From Eledone cirrhosa (Eukaryota), in NCBI GenBank assembly GCA_964016885.1, contig OZ024743.1, forward strand, positions 212,908,001-212,972,000: a stretch of 64,000 bases of DNA, given 5' to 3'. The translations under genes were made by a program, and so were the position numbers. A model generated the notes under the pieces. The model did no database searches. It was not told the DNA's origin and worked only from the letters and a program-made list of their open reading frames with translations. Shown in pieces: positions 31,641 to 48,911 of the stretch (position 1 is its first letter; every line of letters starts with the position of its first letter).

Positions 31641-32530
31641 TGCTACTGTACGTCTGTATACATATATGTATGTACGTATACATACATACTTATATTTAAG
31701 TAGGTGCCGTACTAAGAGTGAGAAATGAAATTTCGTTTTCATTTTATTTCAACTTATCGTTTTCGGTATGCCTGACCGACTTAACTCACTCGATATGCAA
31801 ATTAGGCTGCTCAGCCGTAAATTTTCATAAGGAAAGTATATACTTTCGAACGTTCAACTATCTGGCACAAGGATATACGGTGCTGATGATAGCTAAAAAG
31901 CTTGAAACTAGTACATCATTCCTGTGTCAGTGTTGAACAAAAAGGTGACGTGGTTGCCTTAACACCGTACGGCATAAATTCATGCTGTTCAGTTTGTTTA
32001 CAAACGAACAAAGCGGCGTTATAATAAGCATCCGCTAAACTGATACGTGCATATATGTATGTGTACCTGTATGTATATATATATATATATATATATATGC
32101 ATGCTACTGTACGTCTGTATACATATATGTATGTACGTATACATACATACTTACATTTAAGTAAGTGCCGTACTAAGAGTGAGGAATGAAATTTCGTTTT
32201 CATTTTATTTCAACTTATCGTTTTCGGTATGCCTGACCGACTTAACTCACTCGATATGCAAATTAGGCTGCTCAGCCGTTAATTTTCATAAGGAAAGTAT
32301 ATACTTTCGAACGTTCAACTATCTGGCACAAGGATATACGGTGCTGATAATAGCTAAAAAGCTTGAAACTAGTACATAATCCCTGTGTCAGTGTTGAACA
32401 AAAAGTTGACGTGTTTGCCTTAACACCGTACGGCATAAATTCAGGCTGTTCAGTTTGTTTACAAACGAACAAAGCGGCGTTATAATAAGCGTCCGCTAAA
32501 CTGATACGTGCATATATGCATGTGTACCTG

Positions 32531-32588
<58 letters not shown>

Positions 32589-33023
32589 TGCTACTGTACG
32601 TCTGTATACATATATGTATGTACGTATACATACACACTTATATTTAAGTAAGTGCCGTACTAAGAGTGAGAAATGAAATTTCGTTTTCATTTTATTTCAA
32701 CTTATCGTTTTCGGTATGCCTGACCGACTTAACTCACTCGATATGCAAATTAGGCTGCTCAGCCGTTAATTTTCATAAGGAAAGTATATACTTTCGAACG
32801 TTCAACTATCTGGCACAAGGATATACGGTGCTGATGATAGCTAAAAAGCTTGAAACTAGTACATCATTCCTGTGTCAGTGTTGAACAAAAAGGTGACGTG
32901 GTTGCCTTAACACCGTACGACATAAATTCAGGCTGTTCAGTTTGTTTACAAACGAACAAAGCGGCGTTATAATAAGCGTCCGCTAAACTGATACTTGTAT
33001 GTATGTATGTGTACCTGTATGTA

Positions 33024-33063
<40 letters not shown>

Positions 33064-33492
33064 TGCTACTGTACGTCTGTATACATATATGTATGTACGT
33101 ATACATACATACTTACATTTAAGTAAGTGCCGTACTAGGAGTGAGGAATGAAATTTCGTTTTCATTTTATTTCAACTTATCGTTTTCGGTATGCCTGACC
33201 GACTTAACTCACTCGATATGCAAATTAGGCTGCTCAGCCGTTAATTTTCATAAGGAAAGTATATACTTTCTAACGTTCAACTATCTTGCAGAAGGGTATA
33301 CGGTGCTGATGATAGCTAACGAGCTTGAAACTAGTACATCGTTCCTGTGTCAGTGTTGAACAAAAAGGTGACGTGGTTGCCTTAACACCGTACGGCATAA
33401 ATTCAGGCTGTTCAGTTTGTTTACAAACGAACAAAGCGGCGTTATAATAAGCGTCCGCTAAACTGATACGTGCATATATGTATGTGTACCTG

Positions 33493-33576
<84 letters not shown>

Positions 33577-34003
33577 TGCTACTGTACGTCTGTATACATA
33601 TATGTATGTACGTATACTTACAATTAAGTCAGTGCCGTACTAAGTGTGAGAAATGAAATTTCGTTTTCATTTTATTTCAAATTATCGTTTTCGGAATGCC
33701 TAAACGACTTAACTCACTCGGTATGCAAATTAGGCTGCTCAGCCGTTAATTTTCATAAGGAAAGTATATACTTTCGAACGTTCAACTATCTGGCAGAAGG
33801 ATATACGGTGCTGATGATAGCTAACAAGCTTGAAACTAGTACATCGTTCCTGTGTCAGTGTTGAACAAAAATGTGACGTGGTTGCCTTAACACCGTACGG
33901 CATAAATTCAGGCTGTTCAGTTTGTTTACAAACGAACAAAGCGGCGTTATAATAAGCGTGCGCTAAACTGATAATTGCATATATGTATGTGTACCTGTAT
34001 GTG

Positions 34004-34208
<205 letters not shown>

Positions 34209-35109
34209 GCTACTGTATGTCTGTATACATACATGTATGTACGTATACATACATACTTACATTCAAGTAAGTGCCGTACTAAGAGTGAGAAATGAAATTT
34301 CGTTTTCATTTTATTTCAACTTATCGTTTTCGGTATGCTTGACCGATTTAACTCATTCGATATGCAAATTAGGCTGCTCAGCCGTTAATTTTCATAAGGA
34401 AAGTATATACTTTCGAACGTTCAACTATCTGGCAGAAGGATATACGGTGCTGATGATAGCTAACAAGCTTGAAACTAGTACATCGTTCCTGTGTCAGTGT
34501 TGAACAAAAATGTGACGTGGTTGCCTTAACACCGTACGGCATAAATTCAGGCTGTTCAGTTTGTTTACAAACGAACAAAGCGGCGTTATAATAAGCGTCC
34601 GCTAAACTGATACGTGCATATATGTATGTGTACCTGTATGTATATATGTATATATATATATATATATATATGCATGCTACTGTACGTCTGTATACATATA
34701 TGTATGTACGTATACATACATACTTACATTTAAGTAAGTGCCGTATTAAGAGTGAGAAATGAAATTTCGTTTTCATTTTATTTCAACTTATCGTTTTCGG
34801 TATTCCTGACCGTCTTAACTCACTCGATATGCAAATTAGGCTGCTCAGCCGTTAATTTTCATAAGGAAAGTATATACTTTCGAACGTTCAACTATCTGGC
34901 AGAAGGATATAAAGTGCTGATGATAGCTAACAAGCTTGAAACTAGTACATCATTCCTGTGTCAGTGTTGAACAAAAAGGTGACGTGGTTGCCTTAACACC
35001 GTACGGCATAAATTCAGCCTGTTCAGTTTGTTTACAAACGAACAAAGCGGCGTTAAAATAAGCGTCCGCTAAACAGATATGTGCATATATGTATGTGTAC
35101 CTGTATGTA

Positions 35110-35183
<74 letters not shown>

Positions 35184-35612
35184 TGCTACTGTACGTCTGT
35201 ATACATATATGTATGTACGTATACGTACATACTTACATTTAAGTAAGTGCCGTATTAAGAGTGTGAAATGAAATTTCGTTTTCATTTTATTTCAACTTAT
35301 CATTTTCGGTATGACTGACCGATTTAACTCACTCGATATGCAAATTAGGCTGCTCAGCCGTTAAGTTTCATAAGGAAAGTATATACTTTCGAACGTTCAA
35401 CTATCTGGCAGAAGGATATACGGTGCTGATGATAGCTAACAAGCTTGAAACTAGTACATCGTTCCTGTGTCAGTGTTGAACAAAAATGTGACTTGGTTGC
35501 CTTAAAACCGTACGGCATAAATTCAGGCTGTTCAGTTTGTTTACAAACGAACAAAACGGCGTTATAATAATCGTCCGCTAAACAGATATGTGCATATATG
35601 TATGTGTACGCG

Positions 35613-35731
<119 letters not shown>

Positions 35732-36163
35732 GCATGCTACTGTACGTCTGTATACATATATATATGTACGTATACATACTTACTTACATTTAAGTAAGTG
35801 CCGTATTAAGAGTGAGAAATGAAACTTCGTTTTCATTTTATATCAACTTATCGTTTTCGGTATGCATGACCGACTTAACTCACTCGATATGCAAATTAGG
35901 CTGCTCAGCCGTTAATTTTCATAAGGAAAGTATATACTTTCGAACGTTAAACTATCTGGCAGAAGGATATACGGTGCTGATGATAGCTAACAAGCTTGAA
36001 ACTAGTACATCGTTCCTGTGTCAGTGTTGAACAAAAATATGACGTGGTTGCCTTAACACCGTACGGCATAAATTCATGCTGTTCAGTTTGTTTACAAACG
36101 AACAAAGCGGCGTTATAATAGGCGTCCGCTAAACTAATACGTGCATATATGTATGTGTACCTG

Positions 36164-36248
<85 letters not shown>

Positions 36249-37135
36249 GCATGCTACTGTACGTCTGTATACATATATGTATGTACGTATACATACATAC
36301 TTACATTTAAGTAAGTGCCGTAGTAAGAGTGAGAAATGAAATTTCGTTTTCATTTTATTTCAACTTATCGTTTTCGGTATGCCTGACCGACTTAACTCAC
36401 TCGATATGCAAATTAGGCTGCTCAGCCGTTAATTTTCATAAGGAAAGCATATACTTTCGAACGTTCAACTATCTGGCAGTAGGATATACGGTGCTGATGA
36501 TAGCTAACAAGCTTGAAACTAGTACATCGTTCCTGTGTCAGTGTTGAACAAAAATGTGACTTGGTTGCCTTAAAACCGTACGGCATAAATTCAGGCTGTT
36601 CAGTTTGTTTACAAACGAACAAAGCGGCGTTATAATAAGCGTCCGCTAAACTGATACGTGCATATATGTATGTGTACCTGTATGTATATATGTATATATA
36701 TATGCATGCTACTGTACGTCTGTATACATATATGTATGTACTTATACATACATACTTACATTTAAGTACGTGCCGTATTAAGAGTGAGAAATGAAATTTC
36801 GTTTTCATTTTATTTCAACTTATCGTTTTCGGTATCCCTGACCGACTTAACTCACTCGATATGCAAATTAGGCTGCTCAGCCGTTAATTTTCACAAGGAA
36901 AGTATATACTTTCGAACGTTCAACTATCTGGCAGAAGGATATACGGTGCTGATGATAGCTAACAAGCTTGAAACTAGTACATCGTTCCTGTGTCAGTGTT
37001 AAAAAAAAAGGTGACGTGGTTGCATTAACACCGTACGGCATAAATTCAGGCTGTTCAGTTTGTTTATAAACGAACAAAGCGGCGTTATAATAAGCGTCCA
37101 CTAAACTGATACGTGCATATATGTATGTGTACCTG

Positions 37136-37192
<57 letters not shown>

Positions 37193-37195
<3 letters not shown>

Positions 37196-37599
37196 CATGT
37201 AAATTTATATTTAAAATTGTTGGGTTACAACTATTAAATATTTATAACTGATATAAAAGCACTCGACAAATACTTGGAGTATATTTACAATATTAAATAA
37301 ATGGAAAACTATATTTATAAAACCATATTTATTTCATTATATATATTTCGGGGATATCATATTAACAATATGCTATGCCTTCATCAGACAAAATACAATA
37401 TAAACAGTTTTATAGATAAATATATTCGACATACCGTAATAAACATCAACTTCATTTGAAGAGGTTCACTCTGCTAGAGTGAACCTCTTCAAATGAAGTT
37501 GATGTTTATTACGGTATGTCGAATATATTTATCTATAAAACTGTTTATATTGTATTTTGTCTGATGAAGGCATAGCATATTGTTAATATGATATCCCCG

Positions 37600-37610
<11 letters not shown>
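37193..37610. mobile_element. AT-rich insert in an array (TA)n tract, with ~135-bp-arm perfect palindrome carrying a hammerhead-like motif on each arm
   Basis: Arms ~37338-37472 and 37476-37610, centred on ctct-gct-agag. CTGATGA-AGG...CCCC-GAAA-TATAT at 37561-37607 (+) is mirrored on -. Confidence 0.65.
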
Positions 37611-37643
<33 letters not shown>

Positions 37644-37648
<5 letters not shown>

Positions 37649-38354
37649 TTAAAATAACAGATTAAAGTTTAAGCAAAGAATCGCTGCTTTCACCCTTAAC
37701 GGGATCTTAGGTTTTGCTTATGCTTGTGTACGTACGTATCTGTTTGCGTGTATGTATTTATTTGTTCCTATTACTTCTGTATTGTATTTATTTACTTTGA
37801 TCTTAACTCTGTAGCGGAGATTCATTTGGTCTCCTAGTTAGAATTTTAGTCTACGATTTCTGCTATACCATTTACGTGGTTTTGTCTTTGCGTGCTATTG
37901 TTCTCCACGCTCCACATATAATTTATTATCTTCGTTTTTTCGTTCATTGCCAGAGAACTTCTCTATGCACCACCAAAGAGAACATTAGTCTACGACCTCT
38001 TTTATACCATAAACGAGGTTTTGTCTTTGCGCGTAATTGTTTTTCTACGCTCCTATTAATGACATATTATATTCGTTTTTTCCCGTTCTTTGCCAGCGAA
38101 CGTTACCACGAACCAAAGTATCGTCTTCCTGTCTTCCTCCGGTTGCAACGTTTTTTGAAATATCCAGTTCTCCGTTTACAGATTGACTTTGTTATTTTCA
38201 GAAGATCCCGTTAAGGGTGAAAGCAGCGATTCTTTGCTTAAACTTTAATCTGTTATTTTAATAAATATATGCTCTACGGTTCTTATATATTTGATATATA
38301 TTTTCCTTATAGAGCCCTCTTTGGATTTTAGTCTTCAATTTTATTATTATTACT
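37644..38354. mobile_element. Rearranged copy of the 57277-58443 element inserted in an array (TA)n tract
   Basis: First ~65 bp are forward, then an inverted copy of ~57325-57873, then the forward 3' end gctctacggttc...ttattattact. Confidence 0.8.
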
Positions 38355-38816
38355 ATATATATATATATATATATATATGCAGGCTACAGTACGTCTGTAT
38401 ACATATATGTATGTACGTATACATACATACTTACATTTAAGTAAGTGCCGTACTAAGAGTGAGAAATGAAATTTCGTTTTCATTTTATTTCAACTTATCG
38501 TTTTCAGTATGCCTGACCGACTTAACTCACTCGATATGAAAATTAGGCTGCTCAGCCGTTAAGTTTCATAAGGAAAGTATATACTTTCGAACGTTCAACT
38601 ATCTGGCAGAAGGGTATACGGTGCTGATGATAGCTAACAAGCTTGAAACTAGTACTTCGTTCCTGTGTCAGTGTTGAACAAAAAGGTGACGTGCATGCCT
38701 TAACACCTTACGGCATAAATTCAGGCTGTTCAGTTTGTTTACAAACGAACAAAGCGGCGTTATAATGAGCGTCCGCTAAACTGATGTGTGCATATATGTA
38801 TGGGTACCTGTATGTA

Positions 38817-38890
<74 letters not shown>

Positions 38891-39325
38891 TGCTACTGTA
38901 CGTCTGTATACATATATGTATGTACGTATACATACATACTTACATTTAAGTAAGTGCCGTATTAAGAGTGAGAAATGAAATTTCGTTTTCATTTTATTTC
39001 AACTTATCGTTTTCGGTATGCCTGATCGACTTAACTCACTCGATAAGCAAATTAGGGTGCTCAGCCGTTAAGTTTCATAAGGAAAGTATATACTTTATAA
39101 CGTTCAACTATCTGGCACAAGGGTATACGGTGCTGATGATAGCTAACAAGCTTGAAACTAGTACATCGATCCTGTGTCAGTATTGAACAAAAAGGTGACG
39201 TGGTTGCCTTAACACCGTACGGCATAAATTCAGGCTGTTCAGTTTGTTTACAAACGAACAAAGCGGCGTTATAATAAGCGTCCGCTAAACTGATACGTGC
39301 ATATATGTATGTGTACCTGTATGTG

Positions 39326-39358
<33 letters not shown>

Positions 39359-39796
39359 GCATGCTACTGTACGTCTGTATACATACATGTATGTACGTAT
39401 ACATACATACTTACATTTAAGTAAGTGCCGTATTAAGAGTGAGAAATGAAATTTCGTTTTCATTTTATTTCAAATTATCTTTTTCTGTATGCCTGACCGA
39501 CTTAACTCAATCGATATGCAAATTAAGCTGCTCAGCCGTTAATTTTCATAAGGAAAGTATATACTTTCGAACGTTCAACTATCTGGCAGAAGGATGTACG
39601 GTGCTGATGATAGCTAACAAGCTTGACACTAGTACATCGTTCCTGTGTCAGTGTTGAACAAAAATGTGACGTGGTTGCCTTAACACCGTACGGCATAAAT
39701 TCAGGCTGTTCAGTTTGTTTACAAACGAACAAAGCGGCGTTATAATAGGCGTCCGCTAAACTGATACGTGCATATATGTATGTGTACCTGTATGTA

Positions 39797-39834
<38 letters not shown>

Positions 39835-40269
39835 TGCTACTGTACGTCTGTATACATATATGTATGTACGTATACATACATACTTACATTTAAGTAAGTG
39901 CCGTATTGAGAGTGAGAAATGAAATTTCGTTTTCATTTTATTTCAACTTATCGTTTTCGGTATGCCTGACCGACTTAACTCACTCGATATGCAAATTAGG
40001 CTGCTCTGCCGTTAAGTTTCATAAGGAAAGAATATACTTTCGAACGTTCAACTATCTGGCAGAAGGATATACGGTGCTGATGATAGCTAACAAGCTTGAA
40101 ACTAGTACATCGTTCCTGTGTCAGTGTTGAACAAAAATGTGACGTGGTTGCCTTAACACCGTACGGCATAAATTCAGGCTGTTCAGTTTGTTTACAAACG
40201 AACAAAGCGGCGTTATAATAAGCTTCCGCTAAACTGATACGTGCATATATGTATGTGTACCTGTATGTA

Positions 40270-40363
<94 letters not shown>

Positions 40364-40798
40364 TGCTACTCTACGTCTGTATACATATATGTATGTACGT
40401 ATATATACATACTTACATTTAAGTAAGTGCCGTATTAAGAGTGAGAAATGAAATTTCATTTTCATTTTATTGCAAATTATCTTTTTCGGTATGCCTGACC
40501 GACTTAACTCAATCGATATGCAAATTAGGCTCCTCAGCCGTTAATTTTCATAAGGAAAGTATATACTTTCGAACGTTCAACTATCTGGCAGAAGGATATA
40601 CGGTGCTGATGATAGCTAACAAGCTTGACACTAGTACATCGTTCCTGTGTCAGTGTTGAACAAAAATGTGACGTGGTTGCCTTAACACCGTACGGCATAA
40701 ATTCAGGCTGTTCAGTTTGTTTACAAACGAACAAAGCGGCGTTATAATAGGCGTCCGCTAAACTGATACGTGCATATATGTATGTGTACCTGTAAGTA

Positions 40799-40894
<96 letters not shown>

Positions 40895-41320
40895 TGCTAC
40901 TGTACGTCTGTATACATATATGTATGTACGTATACATACATACTTACATTTAAGTATTGAGAGTGAGAAATGAAATTTCGTTTTCATTTTATTTCAACTT
41001 ATCGTTTTCGGTATGCCTGACCGACTTAACTCACTCGATATGCAAATTAGGCTGCTCAGCCGTTAAGTTTCATAAGGAAAGAATATACTTTCGAACGTTC
41101 AACTATCTGGCAGAAGGATATACGGTGCTGATGATAGCTAACAAGCTTGAAACTAGTACATCGTTCCTGTGTCAGTGTTGAACAAAAATATGACGTGGTT
41201 GCCTTAACACCGTACGGCATAAATTCAGGCTGTTCAGTTTGTTTACAAACGAACAAAGCGGCGTTATAATAAGCGTCCGCTAAACTGATACGTGCATATA
41301 TGTATGTGTACCTGTATGTA

Positions 41321-41464
<144 letters not shown>

Positions 41465-41905
41465 TGCTACTGTACGTCTGTATACATATATGTATGTACG
41501 TATACATACATACTTACATTTAAGTAAGTGCCGTACTAAGCGTGAGAAATGAAATTTCGTTTTCATTTTATTTCAACTTATCGTTTTCGGTATGCTTGAC
41601 CGATTTATCTCACTCGATATGCAAATTAGGCTCCTCAGCCGTTAATTTTCATAAGGAAAGTATATACTTTCGAACGTTCAACTATCTGGCAGAAGGATAT
41701 ACGGTGCTGATGATAGCTAACAAGCTTGAAACTAGTACATCGTTCCTGTGTCAGTGTTGAACAAAAATGTGACGTGGTTGCCTTAACACCGTACGGCATA
41801 AAATCATGCCGTTCAGTTTGTTTACAAACGAACAAAGCGGAGTTATAATAGGCGTCCGCTAAACTGATACGTGCATATATGTATGTGTACCTGTATGTGT
41901 ACCTG

Positions 41906-42013
<108 letters not shown>

Positions 42014-42448
42014 TGCTACTGTACGTCTGTATACATATATGTATGTACGTATACATACATACTTACATTTAAGTAAGTGCCGTACTAAGCGTGAGAAATG
42101 AAATTTCGTTTTCATTTTATTGCAACTTATCGTTTTCGGTATGCCTGACCGACTTAACTCACTCGATATGCAAATTAGGCTGCTCAGCCGTTAATTTTCA
42201 TAAGGAAAGTATATACTTTCGAACGTTCAACTATCTGGCACAAGGGTATACGGTGCTAATGATAGCTAACAAGCTTGAAACTAGTACATCGTTCCTGTGT
42301 CAGTGTTGAACAAAAAGGTGACGTGGTTGCCTTAACACCGTACGGCACAAATTCAGGCTGTTCAGTTTGTTTACAAACGAACAAAGCGGCGTTATAATAA
42401 GCGTCCGCTAAACTGATACGTGCATATATGTATGTGTACCTGTATGTA

Positions 42449-42492
<44 letters not shown>

Positions 42493-43396
42493 TGCTACTG
42501 TACGTCTGTATACATATATGTATGTACGTATACATACATACTTACATTTAAGTAAGTGCCGTACTAAGAGTGAGAAATGAAATTTCGTTTTCATTTTATT
42601 TCAACTTATCGTTTTCGGTATGCCTGACCGATTTAACTCACTCGATATGCAAATTAGGCTGCTCAGCCGTTAATTTTCATAATGGAAGTATATATATTTT
42701 CGAAAGTTCAACTATCTGGCAGAAGGATATACGGTGCTGATGATAGCTAACAAGCTTGAAACTAGTACATCGTTCCTGTGTCAGTGTTGAACAAAAATGT
42801 GACGTGGTTCCCTTAACACCGTACGGCATAAATTCAGGCTGTTCAGTTTGTTTACAAACGAACAGAGCGGCGTTATAATAGGCGTCCGCTAAACTGATAC
42901 GTGCATATATGTATGTGTACCTGTATGTATATATATATATATATATATATGCATGCTACTGTACGTCTGTATACATATATGTATGTACGTATACATACAT
43001 ACTTACATTTAAGTAAGTGCCGTATTAAGAGTGAGAAATGAAATTTCGTTTTCATTTTATTTCAACTTATCGTTTTCGGTATGCCTGACCGACTTAACTC
43101 ACTCGATATGCAAATTAGGCTGCTCAGCCGTTAATTTTCATAAGGAAAGTATATACTTTCGAACGTTCAACTATCTGGCAGAAGGATATACGGTGCTGAT
43201 GATAGCTAACAAGCTTGAAACTACTACATCGTTCCTGTGTCAGTGTTGAACAAAAAGGTGACGTGGTTGCCTTAACACCGTACGGCATAAATTCAGGCGG
43301 CTCAGTTTGTTTACAAACGAACAAAGCGGCGTTATAATAAGCGTCCGCTAAACAGATACGTGCATATATGTATGTGTACCTGTATGTATATATGTA

Positions 43397-43446
<50 letters not shown>

Positions 43447-44346
43447 TGCTACCGTAGGTCTGTATACATATATGTATGTACGTATACATACATACTTACA
43501 TTTAAGTAAGTGCCGTACTAAGAGTGAGAAATGAAATTTCGTTTTCATTTTATTTCAACTTATCGTTTTCGGTATGCCTGACCGACTTAACTGACTCGAT
43601 ATGCAAATTAGGCTGCTCAGCCGTTAATTTTCATAAGGGAAATATATATATTTTCGAAAGTTCAACTATCTGGCAGAAGGATATATGGTGCTGATGATAG
43701 CTAACAAGCTTGAAACTAGTACATCGTTCCTGTGTCAGTGTTGAACAAAAATGTGACGTGGTTGCCTTAACACCGTACGGCATAAATTCATGCTGTTCAG
43801 TTTGTTTACAAACGAACAAAGCGGCGTTATAATAGGCGTCCGCTAAACTGATACGTGCATATATGTATGTGTACCTGTATGTATATATGTATATATATAT
43901 ATATATATGCATGCTACTGTACGTCTGTATACATATATGTATGTACGTATACATACATACTTACATTTAAGTAAGTGCCGTGTTAAGAGTGAGAAATGAA
44001 ATTTCGTTTTCATTTTGTTTCAACTTATCGTTTTCGGTGTGCCTGACCGACTTAACTCACTCGATATGCAAATTAGGCTGCTCAGCCGTTGATTTTCATA
44101 AGGAAAGTATATACTTTCGAACGTTGAACTATCTGGCAGAAGGATATACGGTGCTGAGGATAGCTAACAAGCTTGAAACTAGTACTTCGTTCCTGTGTCA
44201 GTGTTGAACAAAAAGGTGACGTGCATGCCTTAACACCTTACGGCATAAATTCAGGCTGTTCAGTTTGTTTACAAACGAACAAAGCGGCGTTATAATAAGC
44301 GTCCGCTAAACTGATGTGTGCATATATGTATGTGTACCTGTATGTA

Positions 44347-44505
<159 letters not shown>

Positions 44506-44947
44506 TTATGCATGCTACTGTACGTCTGTATACATATATGTATGTACGTATACATACATACTTACATTTAAGTAAGTGCCGTATTAAGAGTGAGAAATGA
44601 AATTTCGTTTTCATTTTATTTCAACTTATCGTTTTCGGTATGCCTGACCGACTTAACTCACTCGATATGCAAATTAGGCTGCTCAGTCGTTAAGTTTCAT
44701 AAGGAAAGTATATACTTTCGAACGTTCAACTATCTGGCAGAAGGGTATACGGTGCTGATGATAGCTAACAAGCTTGAAACTAGTACATCGTTCCTGTGTC
44801 AGTGTTGAACAAAAAGGTGACGTGGATGCCTTAACACCGTACGGCATAAATTCAGGCTGTTCAGTTTGTTTACAAACGAACAAAGCGGCGTTATAATAAG
44901 CGTCCGCTAAACTGATACGTGCATATATGTATGTGTACCTGTATGTA

Positions 44948-45061
<114 letters not shown>

Positions 45062-45496
45062 TGCTACTGTACGTCTGTATACATATATGTATGTACGTAT
45101 ACATACATACTTACATTTAAGTAAGTGCCGTATTAAGAGTGAGAAATGAAATTTCGTTTTCATTTTATTTCAACTTATCGTTTTCGGTATGCCTGACCGA
45201 CTTAACTCACTCGATATGCAAATTAGTCTGCTCAGCCGTTAAGTTTCATAAGGAAAGTATATACTTTCGAACGTTCAACTATCTGGCACAAGGGTATACG
45301 GTGCTGATGATAGCTAACAAGCTTGAAACTAGTACATCGATCCTGTGTCAGTATTGAACAAAAAGGTGACGTGGTTGCCTTAACACCGTACGGCATAAAT
45401 TCAGGCTGTTCAGTTTGTTTATAAACGAACAAAGCGGCGTTATAATAAGCGTCCACTAAACTGATACGTGCATATATGTATGTGTACCTGTATGTA

Positions 45497-45528
<32 letters not shown>

Positions 45529-45534
<6 letters not shown>

Positions 45535-46240
45535 TTAAAATAACAGATTAAAGTTTAAGCAAAGAATCGCTGCTTTCACCCTTAACGGGATCTTAGGTTT
45601 TGCTTATGCTTGTGTACGTACGTATGTGTTTGCGTGTATGTATTTATTTGTTCCTATTACTTCTGTATTGTATTTATTTACTTTGATCTTAACTCTGTAG
45701 CGGAGATTCATTTGGTCTCCTAGTTAGAATTTTAGTCTACGATTTCTGCTATACCATTTACGTGGTTTTGTCTTTGCGTGCTATTGTTCTCCACGCTCCA
45801 CATATAATTTATTATCTTCGTTTTTTCGTTCATTGCCAGAGAACTTCTCTATGCACCACCTAAGAGAACATTAGTCTACGACCTCTTTTATACCATAAAC
45901 GAGGTTTTGTCTTTGCGCGTAATTGTTTTTCTACGCTCCTATTAATGACATATTATATTCGTTTTTTCCCGTTCTTTGCCAGCGAACGTTACCACGAACC
46001 AAAGTATCGTCTTCCTGTCTTCCTCCGGTTGCAACGTTTTTTGAAATATCCAGTTCTCCGTTTACAGATTGACTTTGTTATTTTCAGAAGATCCCGTTAA
46101 GGGTGAAAGCAGCGATTCTTTGCTTAAACTTTAATCTGTTATTTTAATAAATATATGCTCTACGGTTCTTATATATTTGATATATATTTTCCTTATCGAG
46201 CCCTCTTTGGATTTTAGTCTTCAATTTTATTATTATTACT
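45529..46240. mobile_element. Near-identical duplicate of the 37644-38354 insert
   Basis: Same sequence and junctions, and followed by the same rare monomer start gcaggctacagtacg. Confidence 0.85.
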
Positions 46241-46704
46241 ATATATATATATATATATATATATATGCAGGCTACAGTACGTCTGTATACATATATGTAT
46301 GTACGTATACATACATACTTACATTTAAGTAAGTGCCGTACTAAGAGTGAGAAATGAAATTTCGTTTTCATTTTATTTCAACTTATCGTTTTCGGTATGC
46401 CTGACTGACTTAACTCACTCGATATGCAAATTAGGCTGCTCAGCCGTTAAGTTTCATGAGGAAAGTATATACTTTCGAACGTTCAACTATCTGGCAGAAG
46501 GGTATACGGTGCTGATGATAGCTAACAAGCTTGAAACTAGTACTTCGTTCCTGTGTCAGTGTTGAACAAAAAGGTGACGTGCATGCCTTAACACCTTACG
46601 GCATAAATTCAGGCTGTTCAGTTTGTTTACAAACGAACAAAGCGGCGTTATAATAAGCGTCCGCTAAACTGATGTGTACATATATTTATGTGTACCTGTA
46701 TGTA

Positions 46705-46859
<155 letters not shown>

Positions 46860-47296
46860 GCATGCTACTGTACGTCTGTATACATATATGTATGTACGTA
46901 TACATACATACTTACATTTAAGTAAGTGCCGTATTAAGAGTGAGAAATGAAATTTCGTTTTCATTTTATTTCAACTTTTGTTTTCGGTATGCCTGACCGA
47001 CTTAACTCACTCGATATGCAAATTAGGCTGCTCAGCCGTTAAGTTTCATAAGGAAAGTATATACTTTCGAACGTTCAACTATCTGGCAGAAGGGTATACG
47101 GTGCTGATGATAGCTAACAAGCTTGAAACTAGTACATCGTTCCTGTGTCAGTGTTGAACAAAAAGGTGACGTGGATGCCTTAACACCGTACGGCATAAAT
47201 TCAGGCTGTTCAGTTTGTTTACAAACGAACAAAGCGGCGTTATAATAAGCGTCCACTAAACTGATACGTGCATATATGTATGTGTACCTGTATGTA

Positions 47297-47416
<120 letters not shown>

Positions 47417-47851
47417 TGCTACTGTACGTCTGTATACATATATGTATGTACGTATACATACATACTTACATTTAAGTAAGTGCCGTATTAAGAGTGAGAA
47501 ATGAAATTTCGTTTTCATTTTATTTCAACTTATCGTTTTCGGTATGCCTGATCGACTTAACTCACTCGATAAGCAAATTAGGGTGCTCAGCCGTTAAGTT
47601 TCATAAGGAAAGTATATACTTTCGAACGTTCAACTATCTGGCACAAGGGTATACGGTGCTGATGATAGCTAACAAGCTTGAAACTAGTACATCGATCCTG
47701 TGTCAGTATTGAACAAAAAGGTGACGTGGTTGCCTTAACACCGTACGGCATAAATTCAGGCTGTTCAGTTTGTTTACAAACGAACAAAGCGGCGTTATAA
47801 TAAGCGTCCGCTAAACTGATACGTGCATATATGTATGTGTACCTGTATGTG

Positions 47852-47943
<92 letters not shown>

Positions 47944-48384
47944 TGCTACTGTACGTCTGTATACATACATGTATGTACGTATACATACATACTTACATTT
48001 AAGTAAGTGCCGTATTAAGAGTGAGAAATGAAATTTCGTTTTCATTTTATTTCAAATTATCTTTTTCGGTATGCCTGACCGACTTAACTCAATCGATATG
48101 CAAATTAAGCTGCTCAGCCGTTAATTTTCATAAGGAAAGTATATACTTTCGAACGTTCAACTATCTGGCAGAAGGATGTACGGTGCTGATGATAGCTAAC
48201 AAGCTTGACACTAGTACATCGTTCCTGTGTCAGTGTTGAACAAAAATGTGACGTGGTTGCCTTAACACCGTACGGCATAAATTCAGGCTGTTCAGTTTGT
48301 TTACAAACGAACAAAGCGGCGTTATAATAGGCGTCCGCTAAACTGATACGTGCATATATGTATGTGTACCTGTATGTATATATG

Positions 48385-48420
<36 letters not shown>

Positions 48421-48855
48421 TGCTACTGTACGTCTGTATACATATATGTATGTACGTATACATACATACTTACATTTAAGTAAGTGCCGTATTGAGAGTG
48501 AGAAATGAAATTTCGTTTTCATTTTATTTCAACTTATCGTTTTCGGTATGCCTGACCGACTTAACTCACTCGATATGCAAATTAGGCTGCTCTGCCGTTA
48601 AGTTTCATAAGGAAAGAATATACTTTCGAACGTTCAACTATCTGGCCGAAGGATATACGGTGCTGATGATAGCTAACAAGCTTGAAACTAGTACATCGTT
48701 CCTGTGTCAGTGTTGAACAAAAATGTGACGTGGTTGCCTTAACACCGTACGGCATAAATTCAGGCTGTTCAGTTTGTTTACAAACGAACAAAGCGGCGTT
48801 ATAATAAGCGTCCGCTAAACTGATACGTGCATATATGTATGTGTACCTGTATGTA

Positions 48856-48911
<56 letters not shown>

